From positions 37,138,001-37,202,000 of the forward strand of contig NC_087247.1 of the NCBI RefSeq assembly GCF_037042905.1: a stretch of 64,000 nucleotides of DNA, in the 5' to 3' direction. Below the pieces are notes generated by a model. The model had not been told where the DNA came from, did no database searches, and saw only the letters and a program-made list of their open reading frames with translations. Positions 53,701-64,000 of the stretch are shown piece by piece. Numbering within the stretch: the stretch's first letter is position 1; the number at the start of each line of letters is the position of its first letter. The stretch comes from Lytechinus pictus (lineage: Eukaryota). The position numbers and the translations under genes were made by a program.

Positions 53701-54897
53701 CCCTGTCATTTTTCTTCTAGTAGTATTTACTTGATACCAAAACATTCCATTCTATAAAAGTTACTATCCTATGTTCTACTGATTTTACCTGTGGGAATCA
53801 CCAATTCAATTCTACTCAATAACAAATCTAACAGAATAACATCCGCTATAAAAAGAAAGGTCTATTTATCCCAAGAGTAATCCATGCCACGGATAACATT
53901 TTGTGACTATGCCAAAGTCACGACCCCACGCTCCATGCCGCTGCTTTCAGCATTAGATGTTGAGTTACAATCAAGCCACACATGTGCTAATGCATTCATG
54001 TGCATACCACCCATTAGAATATCTAAACACATGCCAGTCATCATCAACATCAGAGACCTGGAGATCATTGGTGAAGCGAATGAGGATACACCAGCCAGGT
54101 AGACCAGACATCCCACTTCCTCAGCATCGGCACCTAGCTCTGCATTCTGTCATAAGTTTCTTTCAACCATTGTGGTTGCCATGCATTTAACAAGTCAAAT
54201 TGTGGATAGTTACATGTAAATGAGCCCCATTTAGTGAATTAGAGGTTGGAAATAGTTTTATAAAGTAAACTTCTCACACCCATCTGATTCATACCATCAT
54301 GGACCTACTAGAACTCAACTGTCTGCTGTGGTTTCAGACCCACATCGCTGAAGAAGGTGCTGCTTCGATGAGGAGGGGCATAAGAAAGCAACGTTCCCAG
54401 GACTCAAACTCTGATCTGCCGGACAGTGTGCTGCATGGAGGGATATCGATGATGCCCTACATTTGCCGGCATCACATACCAATTGAACATTTGATCGTTT
54501 TTCTACTGGTATAATATTGGAGGAAAATTACCTTGCAAATGTGAAAAATGTGAGGTGTAACCTTACCCTGTGTAAGTTAGGTGGGAAACATGAGCGAGAT
54601 GGCAAGACGCCAAAAACCTCTTGACCTGGCGAGCTGATCGGTGGGTCACAGGGAGGTGAGCTTCGGGATCAACTCCCAGACAGATGTGGGACACAAAGGG
54701 GCTTGGCAAGAGGATGGCTGCTGGAGGATGGAATGAAGGATGGGATTCTGATATTGGTAGAGAAAGTCTTTAGAAAGACAGTGAATGTATACAGAAGAAA
54801 AGATGAATAATGATAGACGACGATGGTGACATGATAGTAAGGACGCTACAATGACAAATACAGTTCTACGAAAGTAAAATGACAAGCATAAAATTAA

Positions 54898-55478
54898 AGG
54901 GATGGTCCGAGCTGAAAATATTTATATCTTAATACATAGAGTAGAGTTCACATAGAGCAAAATGCCGAAAATTTCATCAAAATCGGATAACAAATAATAA
55001 AGTTATTGAAGTTTAAAGTTTAGCAATATTTTGTGAAAACAGTCATCATGAATATTCATTAGGTGGGCTGATGATGTCACATCCCCACTTTCCGTTTTCT
55101 TATGTTATTACATAAAATCATATTTTTTTCATTATTTCATACTTGTGTGAATTATATGTCTCCCTTGTAATGAAATAAGTTGCAGGTATAAATATCTAAT
55201 GCACTAAGTCAGTTGTCAATCCAATTTTTCTAGTTCTTGGAGGAAAAAATTTGAATAAACCTAATTTCATATAATAAAATACAAAAGAACAAGTGGAGAT
55301 GTGACATCATCAGCCCACCTAATGAATATTCAGGACTGTTTTCACAAAATATTGCTAAACTTTAGAATTCAATAACTTTGTTACTTGTTATCCGATTTTG
55401 ATGAAATTTTCTGTATTTTGCTCAGTGAGTTCTACTCTATTTATTAAGCTATAAATATTTTCAGCCCGGACCATCCCT
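54898..55478. mobile_element. Kolobok/T2-like MITE, family B (581 bp fold-back)
   Basis: TTAA|AGGGATGGTCCG(A/G)GCTGAAAATATTTATA...TATTTTCAGCCCGGACCATCCCT|TTAA. The arms pair over about 190 bp. Confidence 0.9.
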
Positions 55479-57700
55479 TTAAGTATAATCAAAAGGCAAA
55501 AGGTAAAACTGAAGTGAAGAATGATATTCATGTAATGAGACTTCCTTTGATTATAACCCAAAAGGGCCTGTTCTTAAGACTTTCAGCCAAGGTTAGAGCC
55601 ATGCTCCTATTTGTGAATTTGCAAATGATCACAATACATTATATAGCCTAACTATTACTAATCAACTTTAGATCACTTCAGAGTAAATTTACATTACATA
55701 AACGGAGGCCATAGAATAGTTTTGAAAGTTGAGGGGGGCTGACCATGCAAGAAATCACAATCAGATGGTCATATTTATGTTTTGGTGCACTGTTTTGGAA
55801 TAAAGTGGAGGTTGAAGCCCACCCTCACCCGGATCTGCGCCCCCTGATAAAGTACATCAATATGAAAGTAGGATACTAATTCATAGCAGAAACTGGAAAC
55901 TGAAAATTGAAATTTCAGTTTACCATTTTCTCACCTTCATGCTTTGTTAAATGTTACGGTATAATTAACACATCGAAACCCGTGGTTGGTGAACTCCTTA
56001 AAAAAATTTAAAATGTAACGACGTAAATCCTCACTAAACCCTCAATGTCCTATCCTTGGCCAGTGATTACAGGGGTTCCTTTCTAAAGAAACCCCAGGCT
56101 TCTTCTCTTTATTTTCCCTCCTTTCTTGTTTCTGACATTCTAATCGCAATCCTCTTAGAAACACTTCATAGCTTCAGCTTACACAAACCTAAGGCTTGAT
56201 GCTAGAGAAATTTATTCCGGTTCTTTTGATTCCAAATCCCCATAAAGGTCACTTGTTTCATTCATCATAAAAGGATTAAATCATCCACATTATTGTATAT
56301 GTCCAAATACTCCTCTTCAATATACAGAATATATGTTCTCAGCAGGGTTCTGTATGGAAGTACCATACAGGTGTAAGTTTGCCAACACTTAATTGAAAGG
56401 TGAACAAGATCAAATGCTTCTTATCAAAAAGATTGTATGATTTTCCCATTCATGCCTTTATAAAAGCAGGTGTTATGAAATCATTGGAAACAACTATTAT
56501 CTGCATTCGTTCGGCAGTCACAATATTGATACCATGCAGACTGCATAACATTAGTTTTAAAATGATCATCTTGTGCAGAGCTAAAGACTGGTTGTCATTC
56601 TGTATTCACAGAAGATACAGAATGGGGGTTCAGCTACAGGCCTAGACGGTACAAAGCTGGAGTCACATCTTTCACCCACAAATCCTGCAAGTACAGTTTC
56701 ATTGCTCATTCTCACATTCACGCTAGATATGCAGGGAAGTTGCCACGATAGCACACTTATAGCAGGATTCAAAGGTACTATTAGCATGTTTTCCAGCAAT
56801 CCCTATCAGTTTGTGCATGCCTAAGATGAGGATTCGTGATGACAAAATGCTTGCAAGATTCCTACATGAAAGACACAACTCTTTGGTCAAGTGCCAAAAC
56901 AGCACTGTATCAAGGGTTACTTTAAAATTTAATTCATTTTATTCAGCTAGAATATTACACATGAATTATAAATCAAAAGTACACACAAAACACTGCTTCT
57001 ATTTGAATGCATTCTGTTAACATGAATTTTCATCAAAGCTGTTCTATCCAACCTTCCAAGCCTATCCATAGCGTATTGTACAATGCAACGCGACCTAGAA
57101 AGAAACGGTACACAAATGTTGGTCAACTTGAAGTGCAACTAGTGCATTTTTGAACTGGTAGCAGGCCACTGCACTCTAGTCTGCTGTGCAAACCCTTCTC
57201 TGGAGTCAAGGGTCTGAATGTGCAGCCTATTAATGCATTGTGTACTTACGGCCCTCCATTGAAACAACAAGTTTTGTATGTCCTAGTCTTTGCATGGAGA
57301 CCCACTTGTTCATCAAAGTTTCGATCAGGGTCTGCACCTGCAGACTAACTGCACTCTGTCTGACCTAATTGAGATCTCAGTTGAATTCAGTTCATTTTGA
57401 AGACATTGGTTTCACAGAATCGCGTTTCAAAATGTATTTCATGTTTGTCGCTTTGAAAGACACTTTTCATAGCCATAACAAAATTGACTGAAAGAATCCC
57501 TGGTTTTCTTTGCAAACTATTTCTACTCTACATAGGCAAACCTTCTATGAATCATATTTCAATGCAATGTGCACCATGTACAACACCAAAATAAATCTGC
57601 TGTTTATCAAGCAATTTCACAAACCATGGCTTCTGAGTTTCATCTCTTCTTGATCTCTTTCATTGTATTTACCATGACTCAGACATAAGAACCCCTGTCC

Positions 57701-58243
57701 CCCGGGGGGGGGCACTCGACCAAAAAAGTGGTAGGGGTGTGCCGCGGGCGAGGCAAAAAACGGGGGCCTTGGAGCGGGCTTATTGTAAAAAGGAGGGTCC
57801 TCGGAACGGGCTTCGGAACTACAAATGTTTGTGAAAACGGGGGTCCTCGGAACGGATCTCCGTATCTCTGTGAGTGCGTATGCATCCCTATGGAACGGGC
57901 AATCGTGCATGACGCAGCTAGCGCGGCCTCCGCCGGGTGCGCTCTCGCTTAGGCGATGGTCGAAAAGCGCTCTACGGCCGCTTTTCACCAAATTGCAACT
58001 CCTTGTAGCAAATCAATGCGACCGGAACGGCGTAACGAAAAATATGCAAAGCTTTGGAACGGATTTCTTTCTTCTTTTTTCTCGATAAGAAGGAAATGCA
58101 ATGCCTTGGAGCGGCTTTCTTTGTTCTTTTTCTCAAAAAGACAAAAATGCTATGCCTTGGAACGGAAATTTGAGTGTAAAAATGGGGGTCCCCTCCGCGG
58201 CACATACCCAGTATGCATTATATACTGAGTGCCCCCCCCCGGG
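57701..58243. mobile_element. Non-autonomous DNA transposon with CCC-G9-CACTC TIRs and 8-bp TSD (superfamily unassigned)
   Basis: CCCGGGGGGGGGCACTC...GAGTGCCCCCCCCCGGG. Perfect TSD CCCTGTCC at 57693-57700 and 58244-58251. Several CCTYGGARCGG internal repeats. CpG-rich. Confidence 0.9.
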
Positions 58244-61200
58244 CCCTGTCCATGTATCACAACCAGAGCAACCCCTGAAGCTCAAAGTCACAAACTCACA
58301 ACACTATCTTTACAACGAAGTCTCTTTTATTTCTTTAATCATACCAATAAAAAGACCACTAATTGATTTATTGGTTTCTTCCTTTATTAAAGCATCTTCT
58401 ATTTATTACCACCATGAAGAGCCAGCCTCAACATCCCATGGAATTAAGAGTACTGATTAGTTTCTATCCCATTGTCCTCATCAGCCATGGTCTATTCTTA
58501 CATTCAATAGACCACAAACAGGGGGAGAACTTCCCCCAATCATCAAATAAAATCCATTGAAGATTAAGGATTTAGATCCCTATGCCAATTAGCATGTATT
58601 CTCTGTCCACTTGTGTCACTTCCTATCTTTTTCTAAAGGTTGTATGGCTAGAGTTTGTTTGTGGGAGGGCCTGGTTTCTGAAACAAGCCAATGACTGGCA
58701 CAGAGAACCATCCAAGAAATGAAAGAGCCTAGCTCCTTAGAAAGGTATACCAGCATCTTACAACACTGAGAAGAACAGACTGTTAATCTGGATGACTAAT
58801 AGTACATGTAATATAGGATGTCCATTTGACACCATGTCCTTAATCCAATATTAAAAGCCTTTAATCCTATATCAAGGGTATGTACTGCATAGCATACAAA
58901 CACACAAGTTCAGGTCATCCTTTGCAACCTATTTTAAGGACAGTACCACTTCATCAAGTGCTGCTTCTGGATTGCACATTGGTCTACATCAGACATGACT
59001 AACATGTATGGCCAAGTGACGACTAAGATGAAGGATTCGGTAAAATATTTCTATTATTTTCATTTTATAAAGATATCATAAACAAATTAAAAGAAATATT
59101 CCTTAATACTTAAGTCCCCTGAACTGTATCTAAAAAAAATAAGCTGGATTCTCCATGAGAATGAAAATGTTTTTTAAAGGTAAATTCATGGCTCAATAGC
59201 TTTTAAAATATTTCTGGTCAACAAGCTACTTACTCAAAAAGTGCATGGACGAAGTAAGTACCTTCAATCGATACCAACGAAATTCACATGGTCAATCAGT
59301 GACTTCAATAAATTCCCTACATTTAATATCTTTTCAAAGTCTGGATCATTTACTTCAAAACCACAAAACTAACCACTGATTTCATTAACCCTGTTTTATA
59401 GTTTTAGGTACTATCTATCGACCAAGCCAGAAAGCATTTAACGAACATGTTTATGCCCTTGATAATGGGCATTTGCTCTTTGCCAATGTTGATTAGTCGA
59501 TAAGCTTGGCACCGGTCACCAACTTGAGAATAGGTAATAAGGTAATATGAAAAAAGATTTATAGGTTTTTATACATAGCTGGAATTTTCTATTGAATTAT
59601 ACACTTATATGTATGTTTGGGTAGTACTGGATTGCCTTTCTACATCAAGGAGCAAGAATTCCAAAACCTGAGTTGCAAATAGTTTCTATAAACAAGAATT
59701 ACATATGTCTGAATTTGCATACCAGGCAAGATCATAAATAGATTCTGTAAATTAGTGGGAACAGTGATGTCTTTGTAGCATGTAATGTATGCAAAAGATT
59801 TCCTACTAATCTTTTTTATCAAGATCCATTTGAGGCTTACAATTCTACATGGAACATGGGAGAGAAACTTTATCGTCAATTTCCAATATTTATGGAGACA
59901 ACCTACTAGCTATTATTCGCCAAATTCAAGTTTCAGTCTTCATGTAATTATTTACATGATCTAAATCCTAAAACCTACTTCTTTTTTTCAGTAAATTCAA
60001 TACACCTCTTCAGGCTGTGCACTATGTTAGGGAATATTTGCTTGCTTCCATTTTGTATAAACTTGGTTCCAGCTTATGTGAGCATATATGCAATAAGACC
60101 AAATGAAAACAAAGTGGAGCCATAGATGTATTCACACAGGAATGTTAGATTTAAGTAAATCTCTGAAAATAACAAGTTGATACATGGATCACTCAAGGTT
60201 CTTTATCAAGTAATTTCCATTTAAATTTCTGTAGAATCTCAACAGGAGATCATGTTTCACCAAATACCATGAAACAAAGTCAAGGATATAATGAAAACCT
60301 ATTGAAATGGTGAGGTATTTGATTTTTTTTTTAAAGTCTACACACCAAGATACACAAACGATATGGAGAAAGGTGAGAACAATAAACTTTTCATAAATTC
60401 TTTTCAGGAAATTTAAGAAATCAATATTTAAAAGTCTATTTACAAAAAAGGCATATTCAAAATATGCCATAAGACAGCTGAAATGTGCAAGCCGATGCAG
60501 GCAACTCTAAGTGGACTTCAATTGATATCTCATCATTTAGGTGATTCTAAAAACTAATGCCACATTTCCTTTGTCTATTAAAGTGGGTTACAATTAACTT
60601 TTCTTAATCTTTTTGAGATGGCTTGAATGGCGAATCCAGAAATTAATTTTCGTCCACAGTCCCAACAAGTAACTTTATACAGTCTGCAGTGTAAACTGAA
60701 CTAATGTTGAAAAAGAAACATGTCATAATACTTCTCTGAGCCCAGAGGTGGATGTTTGTAGAAAGGATGAAGTTTTAGCTTCTTAAAGATTTACTCTGGC
60801 CTCAGGTCCTCCAGTCTGGTAGTCTCCAACTCCCCATCGTCTCTCTTGCTCTCTCATGCTGTTCAGTCCTGATGCTCTATCTCTCTCTCTTTCTTAGTCT
60901 TTTTATCTATCTATCTATCTATCTTTGTCTCCTTTACAAATTACTCCACCACATGGTATTCCACCCTCCATCATCCTCCTTTATTGCTCTTGATCTCCAA
61001 TCTCTTTACCTATCCACACAATCTCTCTCTCTGTGTGCCTCATTATGATCTCTATCCGATAAACATCTCTGAAATGTCTCATCAAACTTTTATTTTAAAA
61101 ACTTCAGATGTCAGGTAGAAAATTGAAACTTTTTCTTTTACAGTCACCATGGTCACTGTATATGGATTTCTATCAGAGCACAGAGCAGTGTTTCTTTAGT

Positions 61201-63356
61201 TTCACATGACAGATGTCAGGTGCATGGTATGGAGCTATAGAGACAGTTCAGTGAAAGACTTAATGGACAAAGCAACAGCTATAGCTACATTCAAGTTTTG
61301 TATCAATTATTTTATGGATTATCCCTTGAAGATGAACTCTCTGTGAAGATACTTCAAGAGTCTCATAAGCAGATTACTGGACACATATTGACCTGCAGCC
61401 CTCCCACCAGTACCTCACTGATCCCTGGTGCTGACTGGACCTCGATGAACCCCTTTACACCTCTCTACATCCAGGGTGTTATCTTGCGTGTGGTCCTCAT
61501 GTCTTTGGACCGCTATGCCGCTCCTCACTGATCCTATTGAAAACCCATTGTTCTTTCTTTTTCTTCCTGCTATTCATTGAGTCTCTCCCCCTCTTTGAGT
61601 CCATTTAGGCCCTGACCAGATGAACTATAGGATCTGTCCAATCCCCCTCACACCTAATCAGATGCCATTTAGCATGCTGACAATGGTCAAGCTTTTCTAA
61701 AGACATTCATCATGGTTGACTCATCTCAGGACAGTTAGGGTGATCATGATGTACACCTAGGATCAACTGTGTCATAGAAAAATCATTCTTTTAGTCAACA
61801 CCTTTTCATCCACATCTTTATATTTCGTACAAACACACAACAAATGCTTTTGTATGAGATTACATGAGTGAAAATAAGACTTTAGACCCTGTTTATAGGT
61901 TTATAATTGGACAAATAAATTATTCATGTAAAACTTTATACTCTTACAAATTAATTTCATCCCAGAATTGTAATGAAGGTAAATATAAACAGATACAACT
62001 TAATGCTGCTGAGGCAGAAAGTCCTGAAATCTCAAAGAATCAAGGAGATAGAAGAATACATTATTGCCGGATCACAGCATCTGATGCATTTAGTATTTCA
62101 TTTAATGTGACATAGTAGCAGTTTTATTCATATTGAGATCTGGGATTTGAAAATGACATCAAATTCAAATTTGCTTAAGCCTATTTTCATTTCCAACAAA
62201 ACACAACAAAAGGACAGTAATTACAATGACATCGAACAGAAAATAAATAAATAAAAAAAACTTGGACTACAGGGTCTTGAGCCACCCTGAATAAAGTGAT
62301 GTAGAAACAAGATATCGGTATTTAGAATATAGATATACATCAGAATTTCCTTCTAAACAGACACACACAACATCCTATGAAGCAAACAAAAATGAAGGGT
62401 GAGCACATCTGAACATCACTAATGCAACTTGGTGACACCTCTCTTCATCAGATCATGGACCTACTATACAACCCTCTTGAAGTGCAAAGGCATTTCATAT
62501 CAGAATTGAAGCTCATCTTCCCATGTAACTGTCTACAGCAAGCCAAAGTCAGAAGAAATTTGGTTGGCCTGAAGCATGGACATCTTTTGAATGAAGGATT
62601 ATAGACCCTACATAATCTCACAGCACAGAAATACAATTGGTTCTAGCACTTCCGAGTTTGTTCAACAGTAGCAAGCAGGCTCATAGATCAAATCCCCTTA
62701 GCTTGCAGCAGTCCCCAAGGTTAAGGATCTGATTTAGTCAACAAAATATTTTGTGGAAAAAAAATTGAAATTTATTTTAAATGAGATTCTTTATAGAGAC
62801 ATGGTCTTAATATCAGACTCAGGTTCCCCCATGAAATTAAAACTCACAATTTCAATTTGATCCCACTGATAAAAATGAATGCAAAGTCCTAGTTTTGTTA
62901 TAAAAAACAGTGAAAAGTAAAATCAAACAAGCAAAATATTTAAAAGAACGAAAACATAACGTTTCAATAAAAGTTGATCAGTAGAAAATAAAAATCAAAC
63001 AAGCTAAAAAGTTACAAGTACAAATATCACATTATTTCTTACGAATGTTGATCAGTCAAAAAAAAAAAGTTTGTGTTCCTGTAACAATTGAATGAAGATC
63101 GTAGTTAGGCCATTGTGTGTGCAGGTGGAATAAATCAAATTATTAATGTTGACAGGGGACAAGCCATTACCTCAAACTTGACCTAACCCATAACAATGCA
63201 CACTTATCATCGCTTCATGCATGTAAGAATTCTCTCTCTCTCTCTTCCTTCCCATTCAATACACCCTCTCTCTCCCAGAGACCCACATTCACTTATCACA
63301 AACTCACAAACCCCTCTCTCCTCCGTTAGTATACAGTATTTTCACCCATTTATTAA

Positions 63357-63961
63357 AGGACAAGTCCACACCAACAAAAAGTTGATTTGAAAAAAAGGAG
63401 AAAAATCCAACAAGCAAAACACTGAAAATTTCATCAAAATCGGATGTAAAATAAGAAAGTTATGACATTTTAAATTTTCGCTTAATTTCACAAAACAGTT
63501 ATATGCACATCCTGGTCGGTGTGCAAATTGGCAGACTGATGACGTCACCCACTCACTATTTCTTTTGTATTTTATTATATGAAATATGAAATATTCTAAT
63601 TTTCTCCTCCTTGTCAAGTGAAACAAAGTTTTATTTCTCCCTGAACATTTGCAATTATCATTATTTTAACAGTTTATGGTTAAGTTAAGTTGGTCCTCAT
63701 TGTCAAATCTGTAAAAATTGAAATATTGTATTATTCAAACAATTAAAAAACAAAAGAAATAGTGAGTGATTGACATCATTGACTCTCTCATTTGCATATC
63801 GCTGAGTTGCGTATTGAACTGTTTTCTGAAAAAAAAGCGAATCTTTAAAATGCCATAACTTTCTTATTTAACATCCGATTTCAATGAAATTTGCAGCATT
63901 ATGTTTGTTTGATTTTTCTCTATCGATTCAAATCAACAATTTTCTGGGGTGGACTTGACCT
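63357..63961. mobile_element. Kolobok/T2-like MITE, family C (605 bp)
   Basis: TTAA|AGGACAAGTCCAC...GTGGACTTGACCT|TTAA with long imperfect inverted arms. Shares the GAAAATTTCATCAAAATCGGAT subterminal motif with family B. Confidence 0.9.
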
Positions 63962-64000
63962 TTAACAATATGCATTGCTCACACTCATTAGCACATTTAA

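Noticed and set aside
57617-58460. Cluster of overlapping ORFs
   Set aside because: Explained by the high GC content of the 543-bp transposon.

Overview
AT-rich, intron-dominated eukaryotic genomic DNA. The repeat style suggests an echinoderm or sea urchin, which is an inference. The whole window appears to lie inside one minus-strand gene encoding an ADAMTS9/20 (GON-1 subgroup)-like secreted metalloprotease. I found four phase-compatible GT-AG exons (41588-41498, 28088-27911, 23814-23731, 22129-22005). Spliced together they encode the end of the prodomain, a furin site (RGKR|F) and the first half of the reprolysin/M12B domain. The HExxH exon and the 5' exons are not visible. The introns carry many non-autonomous DNA transposons: TTAA/AGG-ended Kolobok/T2-like, Harbinger-like, hAT-like and a poly-G-TIR element. 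They also contain an L2-clade LINE fragment, microsatellites and a 289-N gap. The most striking structure is a 10.2-kb CpG-rich block (28117-38317) bounded by matching TTAA-flanked terminal inverted repeats and inserted about 25 nt from a splice acceptor. It holds promoter/CTCF-like arms, nested elements and about 18 spaced copies of a GCGCGAAGCGC mini-hairpin motif. Also notable are two minimal palindromes with 7-bp target duplications that resemble P-type excision footprints, several RFX X-box matches, and inverted MITE copies that bracket exons.
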